Positions 1 through 9,497 of a DNA stretch of 64,000 bases are shown in pieces. Numbering within the stretch: the first letter of the stretch is position 1; every line of letters begins with the position of its first letter. The position numbers and the translations under genes are program-made. This DNA comes from a virus (taxonomy: Duplodnaviria; Caudoviricetes). The DNA lies in IMG/VR virus record IMGVR_UViG_3300033066_000276, positions 16,097-80,096 of that record; one strand, written 5' to 3'. Under the pieces are notes generated by a model. That model did not search any database. It worked only from the letters and a program-made list of their open reading frames with translations, and was not told the DNA's origin.

Positions 1-1220
1 AATCGCAAGACGTTCAGATCAAGCGGGACTTTTTCATCCTTAGCTTGAACTGGAACGCCGCCTTGTTTTGCATTCTTCAAACGAGTAAGCTCATCGCTGT
101 ACTCGACGATGGTGTCGTCGGAGATGTTCTCAATGCCCATCATCGCAGGGATGATAGACTCTAGGTGAGCGATGGCCTTGTCAAGTTCAAAGGCTTCATC
201 CCGAACTGAGATGTACTCATCGACACCGTGACCGATCTCTTTGGCGAAGTCTCGAATGTCTTCAGCCATTGACACCTTGCCTTTGTCTCTGGCTCGGTTG
301 TAGCGTTCTTCGGCTGTCTCTTCGCGTTCACCACCTTGGCCATCAGGAACCGCCAGTGGAATCAGGTACTCAGCACGAAGCACACCCCATTTACGTTCGG
401 GATCAGCGTCAAGGCGGGCATTGATCCGTGCTTCATAGTCAGCGACGCGCGGAATATCAAAGCCCTTATCCCACCATTCTTCCAAACGTTGACGGGTGAT
501 GCCAAGCTCGATGACTTTGTAGCCAGTCTTCTGCACAAAGGTCTTTTGCTTGTTGCCGTACATGCTCATCCAATCGACGACATACGGCGACTTGGTGTAG
601 CTGTTCATCCGCAGCCAAAGCATCAGATATTGGAAATCGCGTGTGGTTAACTCTCGTACTGGACGATTGATGCAGTTACCGATCGCTTCCACCAACGGCG
701 TGATGTTGTTGGTCTGCGGCACGGCACTGATCTTCATCAGTTCGCCAAAGCCAAACGGCCGAATGTGGAGGGACTTCCAATCATACGGCGTAAACTTGCT
801 TGGCAGATCGATAGCCGTAAACTCTTCCTCGGGCACCTCTTCAGTAGTGCGATCAAGGCTAGTCGGCTCGGGAATTACAGCCTTTTGGACCGGGGTTTCA
901 GCCCTTGGCGGTGGCTCTTGATACACCTGTTCGGGCTCTGGATTGAGCACCCGTTGTGAGGGTGGGGGTGCCGCCATTCTGGCTCTAGCGCGCATTGCTG
1001 GCGTCTTAGGGATCAATGTGGATGGGGAATTATCGGCTTCCTCCAACTGTGGTTGCGGTTGAGGAATACGGCTTTGTTGTTCCCGCTCATTAGGAGTCGA
1101 AGTCAGCGCCTGCCGTTTCGGCGCTTTCTTACCACGAAAGGTAGTTCCGTTTTGCTCGTCCACGTTCTCGTAATTCGAGTTGATGATTGACTCTTCTTCT
1201 TCGATAGACATACCAGCCAT
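1..1220 (-). CDS. Baseplate hub-like protein (T4 gp26-like), 3' end runs off the window
   Basis: Manually translated open frame from ATG at 1220 (after AAGGAG) with no stop before base 1, so absent from the ORF track. Disordered Pro/Glu-rich N-terminus, then LPSKFTPY..LHIRPFGFGE..AIGNCINRPVRELTTRDFQYLMLWLRMNSY, resembling gp26-type hub proteins; directly downstream of the tube genes. Confidence 0.6.
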   Translation of the reverse strand, partial: MAGMSIEEEESIINSNYENVDEQNGTTFRGKKAPKRQALTSTPNEREQQSRIPQPQPQLEEADNSPSTLIPKTPAMRARARMAAPPPSQRVLNPEPEQVYQEPPPRAETPVQKAVIPEPTSLDRTTEEVPEEEFTAIDLPSKFTPYDWKSLHIRPFGFGELMKISAVPQTNNITPLVEAIGNCINRPVRELTTRDFQYLMLWLRMNSYTKSPYVVDWMSMYGNKQKTFVQKTGYKVIELGITRQRLEEWWDKGFDIPRVADYEARINARLDADPERKWGVLRAEYLIPLAVPDGQGGEREETAEERYNRARDKGKVSMAEDIRDFAKEIGHGVDEYISVRDEAFELDKAIAHLESIIPAMMGIENISDDTIVEYSDELTRLKNAKQGGVPVQAKDEKVPLDLNVLR

Positions 1221-1231
1221 CGGCTAGCTCC

Positions 1232-1909
1232 TTAAATTCCAAATGCTCGTGTAACTATCTCTTGGGCTCGATCTCTAATCGCACCAGCGGCACGATCACG
1301 AAGCTCAGATACTCCACGAGTGACTAGCGTTTCGATTCCGCGTTGAATAAGGCCCTGGATACCACCAGAACCTTCTGGGACTTTCTGGCCTGCCACTTCT
1401 AGGCCAAGCCTATCGGTGTCAATGCTGAACATGACTTGCACAGTCATCCGATTGTCTTCAGTGTAGGAGTAATCGAACGCTGAGATATCGGAAGGCCAAA
1501 CCCCGTTTGCTTTGAAGGTAAGTAGTTCGGTATTGTCGTCTTCGGCTGAGTACAGTTTGAGTTCGATTGCCTTCTTGTAGTTGTTCGCTGGGAAGTAATT
1601 GTCTTCCCCATTCTTGATGAGATTGCGCCAAGCGTAGATGTACTTAGTGGCGTTGTAGTTTTCATCCTCGTACAGCATAACGCTGATTGGATCAACGTCG
1701 CTGAAATCTGGATAGTAACGGCGCGTCCCGGCGACAAATCTGCCGACAGGTGATATCCGTGTGTGCGGAAAGGTGATTGCTTCGACTAGAGCATAGTTGC
1801 CAGCGATCAGGTATGAGGAGCCTGGAATCTGCGGCATCATTGCTCGCCACCGCCATTTCAATGCCGGTGGATCGAGAGCTAGTATGCTGGTTAGATTGAG
1901 ATTACCCAC
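1232..1909 (-). CDS. Tail tube-like protein (gp19 fold; probable baseplate tube initiator, gp48/gp54-like)
   Basis: RW...P, YYPDFSDVDPISVMLYED, GVWPSDISAFDYSY..V.FSID pattern shared with the two neighbouring tube paralogues. Confidence 0.7.
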   Translation of the reverse strand: MGNLNLTSILALDPPALKWRWRAMMPQIPGSSYLIAGNYALVEAITFPHTRISPVGRFVAGTRRYYPDFSDVDPISVMLYEDENYNATKYIYAWRNLIKNGEDNYFPANNYKKAIELKLYSAEDDNTELLTFKANGVWPSDISAFDYSYTEDNRMTVQVMFSIDTDRLGLEVAGQKVPEGSGGIQGLIQRGIETLVTRGVSELRDRAAGAIRDRAQEIVTRAFGI

Positions 1910-1918
1910 GGAACCCTC

Positions 1919-2650
1919 TTAGGGGAAGCGGAATGAATTGCTCGATATGGTACGAACTGCCGAACTAATTGAAGAACCAACTGGGCCGAACGCTTGTGAG
2001 ACACCTTGCGTAAGGGTTCGCACAGCCGCACCACTGAGTTGACTTTGAATGTTGGACAGTCCTGAAAAGAGCTGCGACGCTTGGGGTATCAAATTGGAAA
2101 CGACGCCGCCGAGAGCTTCGGCTTCGCCGTGTAAGTAATAGTCATACGTGAACTCTGCGTTGACAATGAACACGTCACTGCCAGCGCTATCGAATCCTGA
2201 CCCACCGACAAAAGAGGGCCACACATTGCCGAGAAACCATGGACGCAATTCGTTGTTGTCAACACCGATCGGAATGAGTAGAGCAGTCGTCGCGTAAGTG
2301 CCCGAGCCGAAACCACCAGTTTTCTTACCAGATGAATTACCGGACTTCGGGTCACTTACTCTAGTGCTCCACTCTTCCAACAGGCGCAGCGTGGACATGT
2401 CACCGTTCTCTAGGAAGGTGGTTTGCAGTGCTTCGTTAGACTGCTTTCTCCCAGGGAACTTGACGCTTGTGCCGAACGCTTCAACAACGATCTCACCTTG
2501 ACGACGTGAGGGGACAGTGCAGCTATTGCATTTAAGAGTAAGCTGCTTGTCAAACAGACGGATGCCGGGGATGTTGGTGAACCGAAGTTCCCAACGATTG
2601 TTCATAACCGGATCGTCTAGTGCCTCAACGTCGTCTAGGGAAATCGCCAT
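1919..2650 (-). CDS. Tail tube-like protein (gp19 fold; probable baseplate tube initiator)
   Basis: NRWELRF, LKCNSCTVP, VKFPGRK, TTFLE, VWPSFVGG..FD..F.YDYY tube motifs plus an amphipathic C-terminal extension. Confidence 0.75.
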   Translation of the reverse strand: MAISLDDVEALDDPVMNNRWELRFTNIPGIRLFDKQLTLKCNSCTVPSRRQGEIVVEAFGTSVKFPGRKQSNEALQTTFLENGDMSTLRLLEEWSTRVSDPKSGNSSGKKTGGFGSGTYATTALLIPIGVDNNELRPWFLGNVWPSFVGGSGFDSAGSDVFIVNAEFTYDYYLHGEAEALGGVVSNLIPQASQLFSGLSNIQSQLSGAAVRTLTQGVSQAFGPVGSSISSAVRTISSNSFRFP

Positions 2651-3171
2651 TAACGGATAACGTGGTTATTGGAGCTGAAATAATCGTAGCTGAACATGGT
2701 CTGAATTTGCATGGCTTGTGAGCCCTGGCCGTCCAGCACCGTGTCCGAGATTTCAGTCGGGAAGCAGTAGTGAAGGATCACACTGTCAACCAACTGGTTG
2801 TCGGGGCCGTAGGTCCGCAGTTCGGCGTTGACCGAATACTGCTTCTTCAACAGGCCACCACCTGAGTTAGAACCAACGATGAACTCGTGCCAAGCGCGAA
2901 GGGCGCGGAACGAACTCAGGTCCGTCGTTTCAATCAGGGTTGCTTGCAGAATCCGTGGGTAGGTTTTGCGACCTCTGAACTTGAGGACGTGCCCATGGAT
3001 CGGAACTTCAAAGGTTTCGTTGCCGAAGCCAGGGATGTTCGTGTTCAAGCACTTGAGCGTAAGCGGTTCTGATCGAATACCGCCGGGGATTGTACCAAAC
3101 AGTAGCTCGTAGGCTTCGCCGGTAATGACATCCGGCAGTGCCTCCATTTGGTCAAGTGTAATACGAGGCAT
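2650..3171 (-). CDS. Major tail tube protein (gp19-like)
   Basis: 173 aa directly after the sheath gene; LKCLNTNIPG, LKFRGRKTY, CFPTEISDTVLD, FSYDYF tube motifs. Confidence 0.8.
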   Translation of the reverse strand: MPRITLDQMEALPDVITGEAYELLFGTIPGGIRSEPLTLKCLNTNIPGFGNETFEVPIHGHVLKFRGRKTYPRILQATLIETTDLSSFRALRAWHEFIVGSNSGGGLLKKQYSVNAELRTYGPDNQLVDSVILHYCFPTEISDTVLDGQGSQAMQIQTMFSYDYFSSNNHVIR

Positions 3172-3184
3172 TGTCTATGTCTCC

Positions 3185-5566
3185 TTAACCGACAGACTCG
3201 AAGAAGCTGATATCCCCTTCGCGGGTAATGATTGTGCGAAGGCGAATCTTTTCAACCGGGTACACAGGAACTAGGTACAGGTCAACGTTCAGCAACCCTT
3301 GCTCTTCATCCGACTGCTTGTTGTTGCGTCCATCGCACACCACCAAGAACAGCTTGAGTGCTTCCTGTTCCCGCAGGGGAATGAGGAAGGAGTTAATCAT
3401 CTGCTTGATTGTGAACTGAGCGAACGCGGCGTTTTGTTCAAACACCGAGAAGTCCAGCGCACTGATGATTGACTCTTGAATGAAGATCAGCAGGCGACGA
3501 ATGTTGATGTAGCTGAGCGGTGAGAACTTCGATTGCAGCGTTCTGTCACCCCAAGCAACGTAGCCACGACCGTTCTTACGAATGATCGCGTTGATGCCCT
3601 TCGGGGTGAAGATTTCAAGGTCACCTTGCTCGTATTCCTTATACAAGCCAGAGACGTTGTTCAGAATACCGCGATTGAGACCCGCAGGTGCATACCACGT
3701 ACCGCGCGTGTAGTCCGTGCGGGCGTAGATCGATGCCATCTTGCCCGAAGGCGGAGTGTAGCGACCGATGCTGTTGTACTGCGAGACGTTCTTCACGTCG
3801 GGGGTGTAAATAGCCGAGAACGAAGAGTTGATATTCAGCACTCGGTCACGGTACTCAACCGCCTTTTGCACTTCCTGATACTCGGGCGGCATATCGAGGA
3901 TAGCCATACAGTCGCGTCGTTGTTTCGCCAACGCGTCCATCGAGTATTGAATTTCAGGATCGCTGTAGCCACCGTTAATCATCATACGCAGCGGGTAACG
4001 CTCTTTGTTCGAGAGCGAGTTCCAACCAGCGATAACTTGCGAGTTGGTGACACCCGTAACGGTCGAGCCGTTCTTGAGCCACTGCACCGCAGAACTGACG
4101 ACAAGCGTTGAGTACGAGTTGCCCGAGTAGGTGGAACCAAAGCGCACGTTGTACGCCGGATCTTCTTCGCTGCGATAACGAGTGTAATCCGGTTGGTAGA
4201 TACGAATGTATTGCGACTTGTTCGGACCTTCGTTGACCACTTGCATGATGTTGGTCTGTTTGCCGAGGCCGTTGACTGCTTCGTGCAGCGTCACAACCCA
4301 GCTCTCAACGATCACGGTCGGGCGATCCGACAGGTAAACTTCGAGCGAGAACTCACCCGTCCAGGCTTCCGCTTCAACCACTTCCGCCGAAGTAATTGTC
4401 GCCTGGGTAGAACCAAGCGTCACAGCAGCCGAGTCAATGACGATTTCGTGCCCGTCCAGGTGGCCGGTATCGAAGATGTCGATTTCAAGGGTAGCTTCGG
4501 TAGCGTCGCTTTGCAGATCACGATCCAGCGGTTGATCGGTGAACTTAGCTTCCAAACCAATCGGGTTCAGGGTAGAACGTAGTTCCGCCAGCAACAGGTC
4601 CATCGTATTGGCGTGACTGGTGGCATAGGTCACCGGATCAATATCTACACCATCAACTGAGATATCAACCACGTTGGCCGTAATCAGCTTGGTAGAGAAG
4701 GTCAAGCGCCACAGGTTCGGTCTGCCGATGTTTGGCTTGGTGATTCTAACACCAACCGTATTGCCGTCAGCGCCCGGTGAGATAGCGAACACGTCGAACA
4801 AACGCGGTTCAACGTAGGCAGCTACAGCAATTTGTCCTGCACCAAGCGTAACCGCAAAGGACACGACAGTCGGCTTTTCAACGCCTTCCGGCAACCACAC
4901 TCGGATCAGTGATCTGTTGGCAGTTGAGCCCGCAAGAACAGTACACGTAATCGTGCTGTTACCAAGGTTGGTCCGCAGCGACGCTTGCAACGCGACGGCG
5001 AAAGCCGTAATCGAAGCAGCGGAACTGGAAGCATAGGTCGTGGTGACAGTGACGTTGGCATTGCCATCGCCGATGTTGTAGATCAGGGTAGTGACGTTAG
5101 ACGCAACCAGTACGCCAGGGAAATCCAACATGATAATGTCGTATCCCGCACCTTCGTACCCATCATCGGAGCCGATGCCAGGATCGTAGGCATACGTGAT
5201 CTGCGCATCACTATAACCCGCGTCATAAGCCGACGTGGATTGACCCACCAAACCTTCATTGTGGTTCAGTGAGTTATGGAAGCTGAGGTTGGCGTACTTT
5301 GAACCGTTGTCCACGCGAAGGAACCAACCGTTCTTGCCATCCTCGAAGAAGTCGATCACGCAATCGTGCGCCTTACTGATGGCCGGACGCGGCTCACCAA
5401 ACAGGCGAATAAACTCTTCCCGGCCCGACAGAAAGACAGGTTCGTTAACCGGCCCTTTGCTACTGGCGAAAACACAGGAAGCGATAGAGGTCGATAGCCC
5501 TTCAATGACTTGATAGGCGTCGATCTCTTCCGAGTAAACACCTGGAGCCTGATAGAACTGCGCCAT
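3185..5566 (-). CDS. Contractile tail sheath protein
   Basis: N-terminal APGVYSEEID; C-terminal sheath motifs WYAPAGLNRG, GINAI, WGDRTL, YINIRRL, VVCDGRNN; 793 aa with inserted domains. Confidence 0.95.
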   Translation of the reverse strand: MAQFYQAPGVYSEEIDAYQVIEGLSTSIASCVFASSKGPVNEPVFLSGREEFIRLFGEPRPAISKAHDCVIDFFEDGKNGWFLRVDNGSKYANLSFHNSLNHNEGLVGQSTSAYDAGYSDAQITYAYDPGIGSDDGYEGAGYDIIMLDFPGVLVASNVTTLIYNIGDGNANVTVTTTYASSSAASITAFAVALQASLRTNLGNSTITCTVLAGSTANRSLIRVWLPEGVEKPTVVSFAVTLGAGQIAVAAYVEPRLFDVFAISPGADGNTVGVRITKPNIGRPNLWRLTFSTKLITANVVDISVDGVDIDPVTYATSHANTMDLLLAELRSTLNPIGLEAKFTDQPLDRDLQSDATEATLEIDIFDTGHLDGHEIVIDSAAVTLGSTQATITSAEVVEAEAWTGEFSLEVYLSDRPTVIVESWVVTLHEAVNGLGKQTNIMQVVNEGPNKSQYIRIYQPDYTRYRSEEDPAYNVRFGSTYSGNSYSTLVVSSAVQWLKNGSTVTGVTNSQVIAGWNSLSNKERYPLRMMINGGYSDPEIQYSMDALAKQRRDCMAILDMPPEYQEVQKAVEYRDRVLNINSSFSAIYTPDVKNVSQYNSIGRYTPPSGKMASIYARTDYTRGTWYAPAGLNRGILNNVSGLYKEYEQGDLEIFTPKGINAIIRKNGRGYVAWGDRTLQSKFSPLSYINIRRLLIFIQESIISALDFSVFEQNAAFAQFTIKQMINSFLIPLREQEALKLFLVVCDGRNNKQSDEEQGLLNVDLYLVPVYPVEKIRLRTIITREGDISFFESVG

Positions 5567-5581
5567 GTCGCTGTCTCTCCA

Positions 5582-6019
5582 TTATTTCTTGAGTAAGTCT
5601 TCGGAGGTAGTCACATTCGGTTCGTCGGCAATGTATTCACTGTCTTGATCGTCGTCGATTGTTTCTTCGACCATATCGATAACAGCAATTTTGTCTTCTT
5701 CCGAAAGTGTTTCGTCGTTAATCTCAACCTGTCCGGCTGAATTATCAGCGTTCGTGTCTTCGACTACAGGTTCAGGGGCTAACTCTTGTTCAGAGTTAAG
5801 AAAAACTGGTGCATCGACGATCGACTCCTGTTCGGGAATTTTCACGCCGGGTGTTGGCACGCCTTGCAGCGCCAGAATAGCTAATCCCGCTGGTAGTTCG
5901 TCAGGGAAGCTACTGTCCAAATGGGCCGTACCGTTTGGTGCTACTTCAAGGACTTTGCCAGTGCTGTTCTTAACACGCACCGGCTTCCTTTTGTAATTCT
6001 TGACAACGCGAATTGTCAT
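5582..6019 (-). CDS. Hypothetical protein with acidic C-terminal tail
   Basis: 145 aa ORF with RBS, filling the gap upstream of the sheath gene. Confidence 0.6.
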   Translation of the reverse strand: MTIRVVKNYKRKPVRVKNSTGKVLEVAPNGTAHLDSSFPDELPAGLAILALQGVPTPGVKIPEQESIVDAPVFLNSEQELAPEPVVEDTNADNSAGQVEINDETLSEEDKIAVIDMVEETIDDDQDSEYIADEPNVTTSEDLLKK

Positions 6020-6030
6020 TCGGATTCCTC

Positions 6031-6381
6031 TTATGCGTATAAGACCAAAAAGTTGACAGGATTGTCCACGTCTTCATTGATAAGTTCGACAGCTCCAACC
6101 GCTCCCGTATAGAAGAAAACTTTGTTCACGTCGAACGTAAAGTCTTCCCCATCAATGTGAGCAGTTATGGAGATTGGCCTGTCAACCACAAGGTAAATTA
6201 GTGATTCTGACCCTGTAAAGCTATAGCTTGTGGGTGTGTTTTCATCTACGGCAACAGGGATTACACCGCGAATTTCGTTGTAATCAGAGATGGAAAAGGA
6301 AGCTCTATTGGGCTTCAAGAAGTCTCTCTGCTTAGACACTAGGCGAGTAATGTCCAAGTCGAACAAAAGGGTCTGACTCAT
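6031..6381 (-). CDS. Hypothetical beta-rich virion protein (paralogue of 18356..18742)
   Basis: Within the structural operon; shares the YxVVDxP..F.Y.GA.G....N motif with the 18356..18742 product. Confidence 0.6.
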   Translation of the reverse strand: MSQTLLFDLDITRLVSKQRDFLKPNRASFSISDYNEIRGVIPVAVDENTPTSYSFTGSESLIYLVVDRPISITAHIDGEDFTFDVNKVFFYTGAVGAVELINEDVDNPVNFLVLYA

Positions 6382-7070
6382 AGGGCGGTTACCTCACCTG
6401 TAGATAGATCAACGTTGAACGAGTCCGCTGGTGTCAACACGATTTCCTCGTCAGTACCTTGATAGAGGATGCTCTCGTTGATGCGAACGTTCTTGATCTT
6501 GCGGCGTCGATAGATCTTACCGACGTAGGACCAAATAGTCGCAGCGGTTTCAAGTTGATAAGGGGGTTGGGTCTCATCGTTCTCGTTGTGCTCTGGGAAA
6601 ACGATGGAGGGCTCAAGCTGAACCTTAATGCCGATCTTCCCTGGATGGTCGCGGGTCTTGAGCTTAAATTGTAACTCGTAGTCTTGATACATCCACTGCT
6701 GAGAAAACTCTAGCACGTCGGGGCCATTGTTACTCAGGTAGGAGACCACAAGAATGGTGCGAACAGGTACGGCTGAAAGGTAATAGAGAAAGTCGTCGTC
6801 GGATCCAATCACGACGCCGTTGCGTTTCAATGATCTACGATTGAAACTTTCGATGTTTGGGTCGATAGCTGAGATTGAGCAAGCAACGATTGGTAGTCCT
6901 TCGACACCGAACTCAGCGAACACCTTCTTCGCTGCCCCTCTCGCGGAACTGAATACGGCACGGGGCTTGCGGTCTTTCGACGGCGCAAGCCCCGCTAGTA
7001 CCTCTGTACTCGCTCGAAGAGATTGCTCATAGATAGAACTCAGCGGAGTGTCTTGAGCGATTTTGGACAC
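6378..7070 (-). CDS. Probable neck / tail-terminator-type protein
   Basis: Lies between capsid and sheath genes; AVPVRTILVVSYLSNN..DVLEFSQQW is reminiscent of gp15-type completion proteins. Confidence 0.4.
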   Translation of the reverse strand: MSKIAQDTPLSSIYEQSLRASTEVLAGLAPSKDRKPRAVFSSARGAAKKVFAEFGVEGLPIVACSISAIDPNIESFNRRSLKRNGVVIGSDDDFLYYLSAVPVRTILVVSYLSNNGPDVLEFSQQWMYQDYELQFKLKTRDHPGKIGIKVQLEPSIVFPEHNENDETQPPYQLETAATIWSYVGKIYRRRKIKNVRINESILYQGTDEEIVLTPADSFNVDLSTGEVTAL

Positions 7071-7072
7071 TA

Positions 7073-7546
7073 TTAAGCCTTTGCTTGTCTCAGCCTACGC
7101 TTCCTTGCATGGCGAGCGAGTGACGACGGCTTGTCGCTATAGTCACTCTCTTCTTCCTCGTCATCCGAGTCGTCGTCACCGTCGGCTACTTCCTCACTGT
7201 GTTCAGCGAGGTATTCGTCCGAAGCAATTTCAAGGTAGGACTTCGAGTTGCTTTGGTTGATCTGCGAGGCTAGTTCTTCAATGCCATCGAGGCTGATCGA
7301 CTTGAGGGCAAGGGCTCTGGCTTCTTGCATCTTACCTTGGTGTTTGAAGGACACCGCAGCAGCGAGGCAATCACCAGCAGCATTGTACTTGTGGAGGGCC
7401 ACTAAAGGGTTGCCCCCTTGGGCTGCCGCGATAGTCTGCAGCAGCCCTTGGAGAACAACGTCTTCATCGCAGCCGTCGAAGTGACCCAGAAGAAGCGAGG
7501 CCGCTTCCAGAATCTTCTTCTTGTCTTTTCCGTTCGGTTTGAACAT
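7073..7546 (-). CDS. Hypothetical head-associated protein
   Basis: 157 aa, directly downstream of the capsid gene; acidic then basic tail. Confidence 0.55.
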   Translation of the reverse strand: MFKPNGKDKKKILEAASLLLGHFDGCDEDVVLQGLLQTIAAAQGGNPLVALHKYNAAGDCLAAAVSFKHQGKMQEARALALKSISLDGIEELASQINQSNSKSYLEIASDEYLAEHSEEVADGDDDSDDEEEESDYSDKPSSLARHARKRRLRQAKA

Positions 7547-7580
7547 CGGCTGCCTCTTACAAATGATTGGCTACAGTGGA

Positions 7581-8690
7581 TTAATACTGCAACGAACCCT
7601 TTGCGACAGCGCGCGCGTTGCCCAGGGTAAGCGACAGGATTTCGTGGAAATCCCAGCCACGGCCCGGACGCGCGTCCGTGATGGTGGTGTTCAACTCTTG
7701 GGTTTGGATCGGACCACGATCGGTGTAAGCACCGAGGTTTTCCGGGTTACCAAACACCCAAATGTCGCCACGGGTCAGAACCTTCAAGGCTTGGTCGCGG
7801 AAGGCGTCGGTGATAACCGAACAACCAACAACGCGGCCAATCTCGCCGGTCATAACAATGTCGTGCTGCGAGATCGGGTCAAACCACGTCGCAAACGCCG
7901 ACGAACCGAGCATGTTGTTCTGCACGTCCGTCGCCATCAGGATGGTGGCTGCCGGGAGGCCCCATTCAGTCACGCCGCCTTTGAGGGCAGTGAGAGCTGA
8001 CGGGGTGAAACCACCCGAAATATAGAGCAGGTCGTTTTCGACACCGACTACATCATTCGCCAGGGCCAGGAAGAGTTTGTCTTCCTTGACGAGCACTTGC
8101 TCTTGAAGTTCAAAGAACTTCTCGTCGAGCAGGTCGCCCGGACCTTGGTTGAGTTCGATCTCACCGATCGAAATGCGACCGCGGACATAGAATTCCGGCG
8201 GGTGCATGTAGTAGCCGCGCAGCAGTTGGCTTTGGAGGCTGGCGCCGTCCGAAGAAACTGCAATCGCACGGGTGTCCTTACGACGAACTCTGATACGCGG
8301 GGGCATACCTTGGGTCGCTTCGCCTTTCAGCATCAGACGACGCATGAAGCCATCGCGTTCACCAGATTCGTTGATTTCGGCACCGATCAGAGCGCCAAGC
8401 TCAAGCCATGCGTCGCCCTTGCGGTCGTGAAACGCAGCTTCTACGGTTTCCCGCAGTTCGCGCTTTTCTTCCGCTGAGGTTTCAGCATAACGTTGCTGGC
8501 GATTGGACATCACTTCGCCTTGCGCGACTAGCTTTGCAAGGTTGGCAATTTCCTTCATCAGTTCCTGACGGCTCGACGCATTGATCTCGCCGTTGTTGCC
8601 AACAAGGTGTTCGCCCTTGCCACCATCTTTACGATAGTCGCTAGCGCGTTCCTTGCCGACTGTCATCTTCTTCCAGGGGTTCGGTCTCAT
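7581..8690 (-). CDS. Major capsid protein (HK97 fold)
   Basis: 369 aa downstream of scaffold and decoration-like genes; spine-helix-like ELQEQVLVKEDKLFLALAN, A-domain GEIGRVVGCSVITD, C-terminal LTLGNARAVAKG. Confidence 0.85.
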   Translation of the reverse strand: MRPNPWKKMTVGKERASDYRKDGGKGEHLVGNNGEINASSRQELMKEIANLAKLVAQGEVMSNRQQRYAETSAEEKRELRETVEAAFHDRKGDAWLELGALIGAEINESGERDGFMRRLMLKGEATQGMPPRIRVRRKDTRAIAVSSDGASLQSQLLRGYYMHPPEFYVRGRISIGEIELNQGPGDLLDEKFFELQEQVLVKEDKLFLALANDVVGVENDLLYISGGFTPSALTALKGGVTEWGLPAATILMATDVQNNMLGSSAFATWFDPISQHDIVMTGEIGRVVGCSVITDAFRDQALKVLTRGDIWVFGNPENLGAYTDRGPIQTQELNTTITDARPGRGWDFHEILSLTLGNARAVAKGSLQY

Positions 8691-8738
8691 TGAATGTATT
8701 CCTTGGTTAACCGGCTATAGGTTTGACAGAGCTAGCTA

Positions 8739-9449
8739 TTAGCTCACCCAGATTCTCAGGCCGAGCATGGGATTCTCAGCCGTCGGAACCTTCGTCGGAT
8801 GACCTCTGACCGTCGCCCCGGTTGCGCCGGATGCCATCGTGAACAGGCCGCTGGCCGTGACCTTGAGCGTCGAAGCACCCGTGAAGCCAGCCCAGTTGTC
8901 TGCCGCAGCGAATTGGTCAGTGTAGAACTCACCGCCGAGCAGCGCGGTAACGCTGTCCGTAACGAGCGAGGGCTGCACCGCGCCGAGATAGGTGCCGTCG
9001 CCAAACTTACGTTCAGCTTCTGCCGCCGAAAGCGTGCGCTTGTAGCGGACGTTGAGCAGCGCGCCAGTGTTATCGGCATGGACCGTAATGGTCGAGCCGG
9101 TGATGGCGAACTGAGCATTGCTCGGCGAAGCGTTATACGTGAGTACAGCGCCACCGTCGATCTGGACGAACATGGCCGTCGTAGGCGTCAACGGCGTGTA
9201 GGTCGTTGTGCCAGTCAGAGCCGTGAGTTGCACTTGTTCCACAACCACTTCCGTGGTCGGGAGCACGTGAGACGTGAGTGCGATACCGCAGAACACATCA
9301 TTGTTTGAGCCGCCATCCCCGAGCATGGCTTTGAACTCGCCATCCTCATATTCATAGGTCAGACCGGCACCTTGGACAATATCGGCACTTGCGCTATACA
9401 GCGGAAGTTCCACCGATCTTTCCATTCTCGTACCAACAACAGTCAGCAT
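8739..9449 (-). CDS. Probable capsid decoration / cement protein
   Basis: 236 aa, Thr/Ala/Gly-rich beta protein between scaffold and capsid genes, the usual position for decoration proteins. Confidence 0.55.
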   Translation of the reverse strand: MLTVVGTRMERSVELPLYSASADIVQGAGLTYEYEDGEFKAMLGDGGSNNDVFCGIALTSHVLPTTEVVVEQVQLTALTGTTTYTPLTPTTAMFVQIDGGAVLTYNASPSNAQFAITGSTITVHADNTGALLNVRYKRTLSAAEAERKFGDGTYLGAVQPSLVTDSVTALLGGEFYTDQFAAADNWAGFTGASTLKVTASGLFTMASGATGATVRGHPTKVPTAENPMLGLRIWVS

Positions 9450-9497
9450 TTAATTCTCCACTTTGTGGTTAGGGCGTTTGTAAGACACCCGATCAGT

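Noticed and set aside
336-959. Plus-strand ORFs at the window start
   Set aside because: They overlap the minus-strand baseplate-hub-like frame (1..1220), which the ORF track missed because it has no stop in the window.
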